The notes beneath the pieces are model-generated. The model was not told the origin of the DNA and did not search any database. It saw only the letters and a list, made by a program, of their open reading frames with translations. Both the position numbers and the translations under genes were made by a program. Positions 39,131 through 49,271 of a stretch of DNA of 64,000 nucleotides are shown here, in pieces. Positions within the stretch are counted from its first letter, which is position 1; each line of letters begins with the position of its first letter. The stretch is from NCBI GenBank assembly GCA_965541585.1, contig CBEUCH010000005.1, forward strand, positions 1 to 64,000, given 5' to 3'. Source of the DNA: an uncultured bacterium (GTDB taxonomy: Bacteria; Zixibacteria; MSB-5A5; UBA10806).

Positions 39131-40039
39131 TTATTTGCCTGTTAGCTCTTGAATGAAAACGTCCTCCAGCCCGGGACTGACCTGTTCCATGACCTTTATT
39201 CTGATTCCGGAATCTTCCATCAGAGATCTCATGCCCGGAGCATCGCCCGGACTATCGAGCGTAAGGTGAAGCTTCTCACCGAAAAATATCGCTCGCCGAT
39301 GCCCGAGCTTTTGAGAAGCCAGTTCATGGGCCGATCGATTGTTGTCGGTGATAACCTCGAACAGGGCAAACTTAAATCTCGACTGCAGTTTCTGCATATC
39401 GCCCGTTATCAGACCCCGCCCCTTATGCAGAAGCATGATCTCGCCCGCTCTTTCCGCCTCATCCATGTACGGCGTTGACAGGATAATGGTAACCTCTTCA
39501 CTGAGAAGGTCATAGAGGATCTCCCAGAGCTCCCGGCGCGAGATCGGATCCACGCCCGTGGTCGGTTCATCGAGCAATAAAAGCTTCGGCGTATGTATCA
39601 GCGCGCAGCACAGTGAAAGTTTCTGCTTCATGCCGCCCGACAGCCGCGCCGCCTGCCGCCTCCTGAACGGGGCGAGGCGTGAAAAGTCCAGAAGCCTGTG
39701 AACCCTGGCCGGTCGTTCCGCCGGAGGAACCTTATATAGTGCTGCGAAAAAATCGATATTCTCTTCGACTGTTAGGACGGGATTTAATGAAAACTTTTGG
39801 GAGAGATATCCTATCTTATCCTTGATGCTTTCCGGATCTTTGATAGCATCACAACCGATTATATTCAGACTGCCTTCATCGGCAGACATGATTCCCGCGA
39901 GGATTCGCAGAAGAGTCGTCTTACCCGCCCCGTCCGGCCCCACAATGGCAAATATGATTCCCCGGCGAACAGATAAATCTACTCCCGTTAATGCTTCGGT
40001 CTTTCCGAATCGCTTCCGTAGCCCGCGAGCTTCAACCAT
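39131..40039 (-). CDS. ABC ATP-binding protein (YbhF N-terminal half-like)
   Basis: GPDGAGKTT, LSGGMKQK, DEPTTGVDP, STPYMDEAE. Confidence 0.93.
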   Translation of the reverse strand: MVEARGLRKRFGKTEALTGVDLSVRRGIIFAIVGPDGAGKTTLLRILAGIMSADEGSLNIIGCDAIKDPESIKDKIGYLSQKFSLNPVLTVEENIDFFAALYKVPPAERPARVHRLLDFSRLAPFRRRQAARLSGGMKQKLSLCCALIHTPKLLLLDEPTTGVDPISRRELWEILYDLLSEEVTIILSTPYMDEAERAGEIMLLHKGRGLITGDMQKLQSRFKFALFEVITDNNRSAHELASQKLGHRRAIFFGEKLHLTLDSPGDAPGMRSLMEDSGIRIKVMEQVSPGLEDVFIQELTGK

Positions 40040-40040
40040 T

Positions 40041-40913
40041 TCAGGGAGTGACGTTGATGGTTACATCGCAGGGCATGCCCGGTTTAAGAATCCCGTCGTG
40101 ATCGTCGGTGTCGACTGTGACTGCATAAACGGTCTTGATCCTCTCATCGATGGTCTGGATGTTCTTGGGAGTAAACTCCGCTTTATCTGATATCCTCGAT
40201 ATCCTCCCGTCGAATTCCCGGTCGGGATGGGAATCAACCTTGATCCTGACGTTCTGGCCGTTTCTGATCCGGCCCAAATAAACCTCTTGAAGATAAATCC
40301 TGATATCCAGACGAGTCAGATCAGCTATGGTCAGAATCGGCTGTCCCGGGTCGACCACCTCATGCGGTTCTACGGATCTTAGAAGGACTGTGCCATCGAA
40401 AGGAGCAACGAGGAATTCATTTTCAAATACAATTTGAAGGTAATCCTTCTGAGAGATGGCCGATTGACGAGCGCTTTCGGCAGCTTCGATTGCAGCTTCG
40501 ATTCCGCTAACCGTGTCCTCCAGATCCTCCTTCTGACCAACTGTAGCCCCGCCCGAGGGAATCAGTCTTGTAACCTTCTGCAAATTGCGGATCGCCGTCT
40601 GCTTTTCGATCCCCAGCGACTTAAGATTTGCCCGGGCGCCATTGATCTGGTTCCCGGCCCGGCGAATCCTGGCCTCAATCTCTCTGTGGGTTAGTTCGCA
40701 GATGGTATCACCTTGGGATACCAAATCGCCCTCCTCGAATCTTATATAATCCACCCGGCCGCCGGTCTTGAAGCCAAGATCCACCTCGACCGCCTCAATC
40801 GTGCCGGAGAGGACTATATTACCATCTTCTTCCAACCTGTTTCTGCTCAGAAAAAGCGCTACAGAAATTGCCGCAATAATCACGACGGCCAGAGGAATGC
40901 CTAATTTTTTCAT
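40041..40913 (-). CDS. HlyD-family periplasmic adaptor (YbhG-like)
   Basis: SGTIEA.EV, AEFTPKNIQT..ER, LKPGMP. Confidence 0.92.
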   Translation of the reverse strand: MKKLGIPLAVVIIAAISVALFLSRNRLEEDGNIVLSGTIEAVEVDLGFKTGGRVDYIRFEEGDLVSQGDTICELTHREIEARIRRAGNQINGARANLKSLGIEKQTAIRNLQKVTRLIPSGGATVGQKEDLEDTVSGIEAAIEAAESARQSAISQKDYLQIVFENEFLVAPFDGTVLLRSVEPHEVVDPGQPILTIADLTRLDIRIYLQEVYLGRIRNGQNVRIKVDSHPDREFDGRISRISDKAEFTPKNIQTIDERIKTVYAVTVDTDDHDGILKPGMPCDVTINVTP

Positions 40914-41030
40914 AGATTATTCTCCCTTAACCGAACCAGGGCAGACGTTTCGCAACGGAGCCATCGAAGCGACTATTATTACCGGCGCTGACCTATGTCA
41001 AGCGTTTTAAAAAACGGGATTGAGCTGCAA

Positions 41031-41059
41031 TTGACAATTCTATCAAAGTCCTTTATAAT
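41031..41059 (+). promoter_or_regulatory. Consensus sigma70 promoter
   Basis: TTGACA-N17-TATAAT, 8 nt before GTG 41068. Confidence 0.8.
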
Positions 41060-41067
41060 TAGGTGTT

Positions 41068-41823
41068 GTGAGATTTATTTTCTTCCCGCTGACCCTTTTT
41101 GTCCTTGCCTGTTCGCCCGAAAACGAGGCTGATATCCGCTTTAACAGATTCCTGGGATCATTAAAACCTGCCAAGGATATCGGGACGATCAGTCGCCTGA
41201 CTCAGGATGGACGATCCATATATCCTGATTTCGCCCCGGGGGATAGTATCGTAATCTACAAGAGACTTCTCGTCGCCACAGCCGATGATGCTGAGGGAAG
41301 AACCGAGGAGGAATTGGTCGGCTCTTATGGCATAAACGTCTACAATAATGAGCTCTATACCCTTTCCCGAGATTACAAATACCTCCGGGCGGACAATATC
41401 GATCCATCAAGGGTGCCGCGTGGATATGGAGAGAATGTTATCATGGCACTGGAATCCCCCGACGGAAAGACTATCGCTTTTGAAAAGACAACAGGCTCCA
41501 TTCGAGATAGCCACACGATATATCTGGCGCGGGGAGATTCGATCATTCAACTGACATACGGTGATCTGCCGTGCTTTCTGGAGAGATTTTCCAATACCGG
41601 AAAATATCTTTCGGCAATCTGCGGGCGCGGTCCGACCTGGATTATCCTATTCGATCTTAAGAAGCAGGCCGCCTATAGAATCGAGAGGATTGAAAACAGG
41701 GTGGACTATTTAACTGCCTTTTCGTCCGACGATAAGATGATGGCCTTCATCAGATCGGAGAAGAGGTTTTCTTACGGATTTGATTTTTTCGGCGATGTAT
41801 GGCTTTTAAGGTTTAATGATTAA
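41068..41823 (+). CDS. Lipoprotein with TolB-like (PD40) propeller repeats
   Basis: Lipobox VLAC; repeats [27 protein letters not shown]. Confidence 0.75.
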   Translation: MRFIFFPLTLFVLACSPENEADIRFNRFLGSLKPAKDIGTISRLTQDGRSIYPDFAPGDSIVIYKRLLVATADDAEGRTEEELVGSYGINVYNNELYTLSRDYKYLRADNIDPSRVPRGYGENVIMALESPDGKTIAFEKTTGSIRDSHTIYLARGDSIIQLTYGDLPCFLERFSNTGKYLSAICGRGPTWIILFDLKKQAAYRIERIENRVDYLTAFSSDDKMMAFIRSEKRFSYGFDFFGDVWLLRFND

Positions 41824-41832
41824 CGCCTGATA

Positions 41833-42136
41833 TTATCCGGTTTTCACCGCAGTACCGGAAACCGCCACCATAAGCATGCCTTCTCTTATCACTTCGTAGT
41901 CGAGATCGACACCGATCACCGCCGATCCACCGACATCCTTGGCTTTTTGAATCATCTCGTCGATGGCCACTTTCCGGGCTTTGGCCAGTTCTTTCTCGTA
42001 GGCCGCCGACGATATCGGTTATGGAGGCGAAAAAATCACGAAATATATTAGCGCCCATGATTGCCTCACCGGTCACGATTCCGATATACTACTTAATCTC
42101 TGTTCCCTCAATATTGGGCGTAGTGGTTACGATCAT
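41833..42136 (-). pseudogene. ybjQ: ybjQ/UPF0145 family pseudogene
   Basis: MIVTTTPNIEG...K*YIGIVTGE...[13 protein letters not shown]; in-frame TAG at 42089-42091; frameshift at ~42001 before YEKEL...VSGTAVK. Confidence 0.85.
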
Positions 42137-42240
42137 AAGTTCCTCCCCAAAAAATATTTGTACTTCTTGCGGCCTACTTTAGGGGATGATCATGCAATAT
42201 GCAATAGATAAAACCCGGAGGTATTGTGATTTAAGCGGCG

Positions 42241-42732
42241 CTAGATCCCGGAGGCATACAGAGGTCTTCTGAAACCGGCAAATGAGCTTTTATAATATTT
42301 CTCGTCGAGGCTGGAGACTATCACGCCCCTCGATAAAGATGCGTGAATGAACTGCCCCTCCCCTAAATAAATCCCTACATGAGACGGTTTGCTCGATCTT
42401 ATTTTGAAGAACACCAGATCTCCCGGTCTGCTTCTGGAGCTTCGGACGGTGACGCTTTTTGCGTATTGTGCGCCTGTGGTTCGCGGAAGATAGATAGAGA
42501 GATATCGACTGTACATGGCAGATACGAATCCCGAACAATCCCAGCCGGATGACGACGTGCCTCCTGGTTTATAAGGATTCCCGATATGTTTACCGGCCCC
42601 CGAAATCAGTTTCCCGGCATCTTTCCGGGAAAGCGGAGAGATCTTAGTTGTAGCACCCGGTTTCCTTGCGGGACCGGAACAGGCGAGCGATAGCAAAAGA
42701 GCGGCAAATATGAAGACCTCGAGTTTTCTCAT
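42241..42732 (-). CDS. NlpC/P60 (C40) peptidoglycan endopeptidase lipoprotein
   Basis: Lipobox SLAC; PY..GG, DCSGF, GDLVFF, HVGIY, FIHAS. Confidence 0.93.
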   Translation of the reverse strand: MRKLEVFIFAALLLSLACSGPARKPGATTKISPLSRKDAGKLISGAGKHIGNPYKPGGTSSSGWDCSGFVSAMYSRYLSIYLPRTTGAQYAKSVTVRSSRSRPGDLVFFKIRSSKPSHVGIYLGEGQFIHASLSRGVIVSSLDEKYYKSSFAGFRRPLYASGI

Positions 42733-42835
42733 TCTAAATAAATTATCGACCGGATTGAAGCGGCCTTTTAAACGAGAGTGGGATAAATCATGCCTGATCG
42801 GCGGCGATAATATATCCTGACAGTTACAAACAGAA

Positions 42836-42866
42836 ACAAAAAAGCTCGCTGCGACTGCAGCGGGCT
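42836..42866 (-). terminator. Intrinsic terminator after cdsA
   Basis: AGCCCGCTGC-AGTC-GCAGCGAGCT followed by TTTTTGTTT. Confidence 0.7.
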
Positions 42867-42897
42867 CCGTCAGGTGCAGCTATCAGAGCTTCCGGAA

Positions 42898-43707
42898 TCA
42901 GCCAGGGAATTTGAGAATAAAATATACCGCCGGTAAGGCGAACGCAAGCGAATCGAATCGATCCAGTACACCACCGTGTCCGGGGATTAGATTCGACGAG
43001 TCCTTTACACCGCAATCCCTTTTCATGGCCGATTCTATCAAATCTCCTATCTGCCCGAAAAAAGTCGCTGCCAGGGATGCTATTAATATCAGGTATAACG
43101 CGAATTCGCCTTTTAGGAATTGATGGGCTGCAAAGGCGGCAATCAAGCCGCCTGGAAAGGCGAATATAAACCCGACCCGGGTCTTCCCCGGAGAAATCGT
43201 CGGTGCAAGCTTGCGACGCCCGAACCAGGTGCCGAAGGCATAGGCGAAGGTATCGGCAATCCAGATATTGACGAAGGTGAACAGCAAGATCGCCCAGCCA
43301 AGTCCGGAAGGATCCCTGTGTATCAGGATTGAGAACGATATGAAGAATCCGGGATAGACCGCCGCCAGTATGGCCACGGCTAACCGGGATGTGTAATTTG
43401 TAATCCCGGTTTCAATCATCTTCAGAGTTGCCGCCAGGAAGAAAAGAACAAACAGGATTAAAAGGCCCGCCTCTCCCAAGAATGAAAACTGGAACATTGA
43501 AACCAGTATTATTGCCAGCAAGGTCGCCAGACGCTTGCCGACCTGAATTCTCTTAGACATTAACATCGCGGCCAGCTCCCAGCTTCCCAGGATCGCAACC
43601 AGGATACAAAAAGCGTAGAGAAAATATCCACCCTCGTAAATGATAAATACCAGGGCGGGAATACCCACGGCCGCTACTATGAGTCTTTTTACGAGGTTCT
43701 TGGACAT
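42898..43707 (-). CDS. cdsA: Phosphatidate cytidylyltransferase
   Basis: ISPGKT, GDLIESAMKR..GVKDS..LIPGHGGVLDRFDS. Confidence 0.96.
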   Translation of the reverse strand: MSKNLVKRLIVAAVGIPALVFIIYEGGYFLYAFCILVAILGSWELAAMLMSKRIQVGKRLATLLAIILVSMFQFSFLGEAGLLILFVLFFLAATLKMIETGITNYTSRLAVAILAAVYPGFFISFSILIHRDPSGLGWAILLFTFVNIWIADTFAYAFGTWFGRRKLAPTISPGKTRVGFIFAFPGGLIAAFAAHQFLKGEFALYLILIASLAATFFGQIGDLIESAMKRDCGVKDSSNLIPGHGGVLDRFDSLAFALPAVYFILKFPG

Positions 43708-43709
43708 CG

Positions 43710-44456
43710 TTACGGGGATGATACCTTTCCAAACCGCCTTTCCCTGGACTGGTAATCCAGGAGGGCCTGGAGAAAATCATCCTCGGAAAAATCGGGCCAG
43801 AGAACATCGGTCACGTAAAGTTCCGTATAGGATGTCTGCCAGAGCAAGAAATTGGAGATACGCATTTCTCCCGATGTCCTGATGAGAAGATCGGGATCCG
43901 GCAGACCGTTGGTTTGCAGGTAGGTCGCAAACAGCCCATCATTTATGGACTCTGGCTTCACCTGACCGGTTGCGACATCCCGCGCAATGCTTCTTACAGC
44001 CTCGATGATCTCGTTCCGCCCGGAGTAATTCAGCGCCAGGTTGAGTATCAGACCGGTATTTGGAGTCGTTTTATTGATGGCATCGACAAGCACCTCGCGC
44101 CTCTTCTCAGGAAGTTTCTCAATATCGCCGGTAGCAATCAGGCGGACATTATTTTCCAGAAGTTCAGAGAGCTCTCTACGAGTGGTCTCTCCCAAGAGCT
44201 TCATTATAGCCGAAACTTCTCTTTTCGGACGTTTCCAGTTTTCTGTGGAGAAGGTAAAAAGCGTAAGATATTTCACGCCGATTTCGCCTGCAATTCGGAC
44301 TACCCTCTTGACCGCTTTAACACCTGCTCGATGACCGGCGGTTCTCGGCAAACCTCTCTTTTTAGCCCACCGGCCGTTGCCATCCATGATAATTGCCACA
44401 TGCACCGGCAGTTTACCGCGAAATTCCACTTCCGATTTCAGGTTATCGAAAGCCAT
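43710..44456 (-). CDS. uppS: Undecaprenyl diphosphate synthase
   Basis: HVAIIMDGNGRW, FSTENWKR, IRTSGEMRISNFLLWQ. Confidence 0.97.
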   Translation of the reverse strand: MAFDNLKSEVEFRGKLPVHVAIIMDGNGRWAKKRGLPRTAGHRAGVKAVKRVVRIAGEIGVKYLTLFTFSTENWKRPKREVSAIMKLLGETTRRELSELLENNVRLIATGDIEKLPEKRREVLVDAINKTTPNTGLILNLALNYSGRNEIIEAVRSIARDVATGQVKPESINDGLFATYLQTNGLPDPDLLIRTSGEMRISNFLLWQTSYTELYVTDVLWPDFSEDDFLQALLDYQSRERRFGKVSSP

Positions 44457-44471
44457 GCCGCAAACACTCCC

Positions 44472-45029
44472 TTATACCTCCATAACCTCTGCCTCTTTGG
44501 CTTCGATCATCTTGTCTATTCTCGATATACGATCATCTGTAATCTCTTGAATATGTTTTTGACCGTTGTGTAGATCATCTTCGCTTATCTCCGAGGCTTT
44601 CTCGGCCTTTTTGAGCTTCTCTATCGAATCCCGCCGAATATTCCGAACTGATATCTTGCCGTCCTCGCCAAACTTCTTGACCAGCTTGACCATCTCCCTC
44701 CGCCTCTCCTCGTTCAGAGGCGGAATCGGTAAACGAACTACGTTTCCTTCGGTCACGGGATTCAATCCCAGATCGGCCTTTTGAATTGCCTTGACGATAT
44801 CCCCGACGACATTCTTTTCCCACGGTTGAACAACGAGCAGTTTAGGGTCGGGCGCCGAAATTGACGCCACCTGTTTCAAGGGGGTCATCGTTCCATAGTA
44901 TTCGACTTTCACACCGTCCAGAATCGTAGTAGTCGCCTTCCCGGTGCGAATGCCTGCAAGCTCGCGGCCGATTGCTTCAACCGCTTTTTCCATCTTTTGT
45001 TCGGTATCACGATAAATTTCTTTTAGCAT
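44472..45029 (-). CDS. frr: Ribosome recycling factor
   Basis: IRTGKA, YYG..TPL, PPLNEERR, VRNIRR. Confidence 0.97.
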   Translation of the reverse strand: MLKEIYRDTEQKMEKAVEAIGRELAGIRTGKATTTILDGVKVEYYGTMTPLKQVASISAPDPKLLVVQPWEKNVVGDIVKAIQKADLGLNPVTEGNVVRLPIPPLNEERRREMVKLVKKFGEDGKISVRNIRRDSIEKLKKAEKASEISEDDLHNGQKHIQEITDDRISRIDKMIEAKEAEVMEV

Positions 45030-45040
45030 AAAAGCCCCGC

Positions 45041-45751
45041 TTATGACACTAGCGTTCCGACCTTTTCACCATATATTATACGTTTCAGATTTTCTTTCCT
45101 GTACAGATTAAAGACAACAATCGGCATATTGTTGTCCATACACATGGAGATGGCGGTAGCATCCATGACTTTCAAACCTTGATTCAAAACCTCCAGATAA
45201 CTCACCCTGTCGAATTTTTTGGCATTCGTATTGGAAATGGGATCGCTATCATAAACACCATCGACCTTGGTGCCTTTCAGTATTACCTCCGCGTCAACCT
45301 CCTTAGCCCTTAATGCGGCCGCGGTATCGGTCGTAAAATAGGGATTGCCGGTCCCGCCGGCAAAGATTACGATACGGCCCTTTTCGAGATGACGCAAAGC
45401 CCTCCGCCTGATAAATGGCTCGGCCACCGCCGCCATTTCGATGGCGGTCATTACGCGAGTGAACTTGCCGACTTTCTCGAGGTATTCCTGCAGGGCCAGA
45501 GAGTTTATGACGGTGGCCAGCATCCCCATAAAATCGGCGCTGACCCGGTCCATTCCCTCGGCAGCCGCTTGAAGTCCCCGGAATATATTTCCACCGCCGA
45601 TAACAATACCGATCTGCACGCCGAGATCGGCCACTTCTTTCACCTGTACCGCTATGCTGGTCAGGGTCTTCCCATCGAGCGCACCGGGTTTACCTCCCAT
45701 AAGAATCTCTCCGGATAGCTTCAGAAGGACCCTCTTATACTTCGCCTTCAT
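45041..45751 (-). CDS. pyrH: UMP kinase
   Basis: [25 protein letters not shown]; start set at MKAK (45751). Confidence 0.97.
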   Translation of the reverse strand: MKAKYKRVLLKLSGEILMGGKPGALDGKTLTSIAVQVKEVADLGVQIGIVIGGGNIFRGLQAAAEGMDRVSADFMGMLATVINSLALQEYLEKVGKFTRVMTAIEMAAVAEPFIRRRALRHLEKGRIVIFAGGTGNPYFTTDTAAALRAKEVDAEVILKGTKVDGVYDSDPISNTNAKKFDRVSYLEVLNQGLKVMDATAISMCMDNNMPIVVFNLYRKENLKRIIYGEKVGTLVS

Positions 45752-45799
45752 GTCCAACGCATCCCTGGAAGAGGATTTGGATTTCGAGGCAGGGACCAA

Positions 45800-46393
45800 T
45801 TATTCCCCCATTCGGAAACGCACGAATCTCCTGACAACTATATTTTCGCCAAGTTTGGCGATGGCATTGTTTAGAAGATCCTTTATAGCAATATCCTCAT
45901 CTTTGACGAAGGGCTGATCGAGAAGCACAACTTCCTGGTAGTATTTGGACAAACGACCCTCGATGATCTTCTCAATCACCTTCTCCGGCTTGCTCTCGTT
46001 TAAAGCCTGAGTTCGATATATCTCTTTTTCCTTTTCGATCAGAGACGGATCGAGCTGACCTCGCTCATTCACCAGGGGATTCGCGGCTGCTATCTGCATG
46101 GAAATATCCTTGGCGAGGGATTGAAAATCATCGGTACGGGCTACAAAATCAGTCTCGCAGTTGATTTCGAGCAGGACCCCGAGTTTACTGCCGGGGTGGA
46201 TATAAGAATAGATCAGGCCTTCATTCGCGCTCCGGTCTGCTTTTTGAGCCGCCTTGGAAAGCCCCTGCTGGCGCAGGATACTTACGGCTTTTTCGAGATT
46301 GCCTTCAGACTCCATAAGGGCTTTCTTGCAATCCATCATACCAGCACCGGTCATGTCGCGCAGTTCCTTTACAGTTTTGGCGCCAATTCCCAT
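45800..46393 (-). CDS. tsf: Elongation factor Ts, short form (197 aa)
   Basis: ELR..TGAGMMDCKKAL, NCETDFVAR, LGENI.VRRF.R. Confidence 0.97.
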   Translation of the reverse strand: MGIGAKTVKELRDMTGAGMMDCKKALMESEGNLEKAVSILRQQGLSKAAQKADRSANEGLIYSYIHPGSKLGVLLEINCETDFVARTDDFQSLAKDISMQIAAANPLVNERGQLDPSLIEKEKEIYRTQALNESKPEKVIEKIIEGRLSKYYQEVVLLDQPFVKDEDIAIKDLLNNAIAKLGENIVVRRFVRFRMGE

Positions 46394-47149
46394 CTATTCT
46401 CTCTCCCGACCTACAGTTTTGGTTTCCTCGCCGCCCTCCGCCGCTTTCTCCATCTCGGCGGCGCTTACCCTGGCCTGAGATTCGACTATCTCGTCGGTTA
46501 TGGCCCGGGTTATTACAGAGATCGATTTTATCGCATCATCGTTGGCCGCTATTGGATAATCAATCGGTGTGGGATCTGTATTGGTGTCGATAATCGCTAT
46601 CACGGGAATCTTTAACTTGTTGGCCTCGGCGACTGCTATTCTCTCCTTTTTGGCGTCAATTACTAAAAGCAGGGAGGGCAAGCTAAACATATCCTTAATG
46701 CCGATTAGAAATTTCTCCAGCCTTGCGGCCTCCTTTTCAAGCTTGCTGGCCTCTTTCTTGGTAGCTTTCTCCAGAAAACCGTCTTCCTTCATCCTCTCAA
46801 TATCCTTTAAACGCTTGATGTTGCGCTTTATCGTCATGAAGTTGGTCAGCATCCCACCGAGCCAGCGTTCGATTATATAGAATTGTCCGGCGCGTTGTGC
46901 CTGGGTTTTCACAACCTCCTTGGCCTGTTTTTTGGTTCCGACCAGCAGTATCTTGCCGCCGGATTCGACAACCTCGCGAACTTTCTGACATGCTCTATTA
47001 ATCGACAACAGGGTTTTGTTGAGGTCGATGATATAGATGCCGTTTTTAGCTGTAAAAATGAATTTCTTCATTTTGGGATTCCATCGCCTGGTCTGATGGC
47101 CGAAATGAACCCCGGATTCGAGCAAATCCTTGATTGTTACATCTGGCAT
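46394..47149 (-). CDS. rpsB: 30S ribosomal protein S2
   Basis: GVHFGHQTRRWNPKM, RWLGGMLTNF; start at MPDVT (47149) after GGAGG. Confidence 0.97.
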   Translation of the reverse strand: MPDVTIKDLLESGVHFGHQTRRWNPKMKKFIFTAKNGIYIIDLNKTLLSINRACQKVREVVESGGKILLVGTKKQAKEVVKTQAQRAGQFYIIERWLGGMLTNFMTIKRNIKRLKDIERMKEDGFLEKATKKEASKLEKEAARLEKFLIGIKDMFSLPSLLLVIDAKKERIAVAEANKLKIPVIAIIDTNTDPTPIDYPIAANDDAIKSISVITRAITDEIVESQARVSAAEMEKAAEGGEETKTVGRERE

Positions 47150-47240
47150 GTTTGGTTTCTCCTCCACCGGTTTCATACCCCGAATGGCTCCCGATTTTTC
47201 GGGAGACCCCATCCGGAGTCCGCCGATGTGTGTCGTTAGA
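47150..47240 (-). ncRNA. rpsB leader (t44 / S2 autoregulatory RNA)
   Basis: ACACACATCGG...GGGTCTCCC...GGGAG...CCGGTGGAGG; long-range helix covering the SD, as in known S2 leaders. Confidence 0.7.
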
Positions 47241-47243
47241 AAA

Positions 47244-47636
47244 TTATCTCTTCGAGAACTGGAAGCGCTTACGAGCCTTTACGTGGCCGTATTTCTTGCG
47301 CTCCACCATCCTTGAATCGCGTGTCAGCAGCCCGTTGCGCTTTAAAAGTGGACGAAACTCAGGATCGTATTTCATCAGAGCTCGTGCAATCCCCAGACTA
47401 ACGGCGCCTGCCTGACCGGAAAGACCGCCTCCTTTGGCCACGCAGATTATATCGAACTTGCCCCCGAGCTCCACAACTTCGACCGGCTTCAAAGCGTGCA
47501 TGACAAGATTGGCTCGGCATAGATAGGAATTGATATCGATACCGTTTACCGTGATCTTGCCCTTGCCTCTCTTTAGCCTGATCTTGGCAACGGACTCCTT
47601 TCGTCGCCCGGTTGCTATATGATATTCGTCGGCCAA
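47244..47636 (-). CDS. rpsI: 30S ribosomal protein S9
   Basis: TGRRK, GGG.SGQAGA, ERKKYG..KARK.FQFSKR. Confidence 0.97.
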   Translation of the reverse strand: MADEYHIATGRRKESVAKIRLKRGKGKITVNGIDINSYLCRANLVMHALKPVEVVELGGKFDIICVAKGGGLSGQAGAVSLGIARALMKYDPEFRPLLKRNGLLTRDSRMVERKKYGHVKARKRFQFSKR

Positions 47637-47653
47637 ATTACCTCCATAAAACT

Positions 47654-48091
47654 CTACTGAATTTTTATCTTCTCAGGTTTCTGTGCCGCGTGGGGATGGT
47701 CCTTTCCGGCGTAAACAAACAATTTCTTGTTCAGCCGCCGCCCCAGCCGGTTGCGAGGAAGCATACCCTTCACCGCTTTTTCGATTACACGCTCCGGATG
47801 CTTTGCCAGCATCCGCTCTACTGTAACCTCTCTGAGGCCGCCGGGATACCCCGTGTAAGAGTAGTATTTTTTCAAGAGAAGCTTCTTGCCGGATAATGCT
47901 ACTTTCTCGGCATTAATCACTACAATATAAGCTCCCATATCAAGGTGAGGCGTGAACAATGGGCTATCTTTGCCTCTAAGTGTAGTGGCTATCCTTGTCG
48001 CCAGACGGCCAAGAGGCTGGCCATCCGCGTCGATCAAGTACCACTTCTGATCTTGTCTGTTCTGTTTAGGTACAAAAGTTTTCGTATCCAT
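47654..48091 (-). CDS. rplM: 50S ribosomal protein L13
   Basis: W.LIDA...LGRLA, FTPH.D.G, TGYPGGL, GMLP.N.LG. Confidence 0.97.
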   Translation of the reverse strand: MDTKTFVPKQNRQDQKWYLIDADGQPLGRLATRIATTLRGKDSPLFTPHLDMGAYIVVINAEKVALSGKKLLLKKYYSYTGYPGGLREVTVERMLAKHPERVIEKAVKGMLPRNRLGRRLNKKLFVYAGKDHPHAAQKPEKIKIQ

Positions 48092-48275
48092 CCGGGCTCC
48101 GTTTCAGCCATCGTTTCTCAGAATCCGCAAAATTTATAATTTAAATATTAGACTCCCCATGTCAAGCAAAATAATCCAATCCTATCATCAAATTTACCGA
48201 ATTCCCCTCAGGGGAGAACTTATTTAAAAATATCGTCAGGCGGATCGATAAGGTTAGCGATGTTCTGCGATAACT

Positions 48276-49271
48276 CTACGGTCTCAGGATGCCCCGGTCG
48301 GTTATTATTCCGCTAATTAGCTCGTGGGGAGTGATGTCGAACGCCGGATTATGCGTTCGAGCGTCCGGAGGCGCTATCTGAACGCTTCCGATTTTCTTTA
48401 TTTCATCATCCGCGCGTATTTCTATGGCTATAGATTGCCCATCAGGGCAATTCGGATCAAATGTCGTCGACGGCGCGGCTGAATAGAATGGTATGTCATG
48501 ATGATTGGCCAGGACGGCCAGAGTATACGTGCCTATTTTATTGGCCAGATCGAGATTCTTCGCCACCCTATCGGCCCCGGTGATAACGAGATCAACCTGT
48601 CCACCGGACATCAGGTGGCCAGCCATATTATCAGTGATAAGCTTGTACGGGATTTTTGCTTTCGACAGCTCCCAGGCGGTAAGCCTGGCGCCCTGCAGTA
48701 CAGGACGGGTTTCATCAATCCAGACTTCTATTTTTTTCCCGGAGAAAAAAGCGGTATATATGACTCCAAGCGCAGTGCCGATTCCACCGGTGGCCAGCGC
48801 CCCTGCATTACAATGCGTGAGTATGCGGCAAGGATCGGGGATGACGTCATTGCCGAAGGCCCCCATTCGCTCACACATAAGTTCATCCTCTTTGTGAACG
48901 CTAATCGCTTCATCGATAAGGAGTTCCAATAGATTATCATGACCGATACACTCGTTCTGCTTCAACGCCATCCGGTCAATGGCCCCGGAGAGGTTCGCCG
49001 CCGTCGGTCGTGTGAACTTCAACAGGTTACACGCATTCCTGAATGATTCCCGGTTCGAAGGTTCGGGCAAGAGACAAAGCCCGTATGCAGCGGCGATGCC
49101 GATCAGCGGCGCGCCCCGGGTAGCCAGAGTGGAGATAGCGTCAGATACTTCTTCGACCGAACGCAGATCTCGATATTCTTCCTTCAGAGGTAATTGGCGT
49201 TGGTCGAGGATCACCGGATGGTCCTTTTCCCATCTGATGGAGGAAAATCCGAGCCTGGAGAGAATTCCCAC
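48276..49271 (-). CDS. mtnA: S-methyl-5-thioribose-1-phosphate isomerase
   Basis: RGAPLIG, RPTA.NL, LTHCNAGALAT, ETRP.LQGARLTAWEL, NKIGTY, NPAFDITP. Confidence 0.95.
   Translation of the reverse strand: MGILSRLGFSSIRWEKDHPVILDQRQLPLKEEYRDLRSVEEVSDAISTLATRGAPLIGIAAAYGLCLLPEPSNRESFRNACNLLKFTRPTAANLSGAIDRMALKQNECIGHDNLLELLIDEAISVHKEDELMCERMGAFGNDVIPDPCRILTHCNAGALATGGIGTALGVIYTAFFSGKKIEVWIDETRPVLQGARLTAWELSKAKIPYKLITDNMAGHLMSGGQVDLVITGADRVAKNLDLANKIGTYTLAVLANHHDIPFYSAAPSTTFDPNCPDGQSIAIEIRADDEIKKIGSVQIAPPDARTHNPAFDITPHELISGIITDRGILRP

Noticed and set aside
42089..42091. TAG read-through (pyrrolysine or recoding) in ybjQ
   Set aside because: TAG ends many intact genes here (e.g. rpsB, mtnA, pilT) and the gene also has a frameshift
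42861..42896. SRP RNA-like CCGTCAGG...GCAGC
   Set aside because: Lacks the CCGGAAGGAA helix-8 loop; better explained as part of the cdsA terminator region
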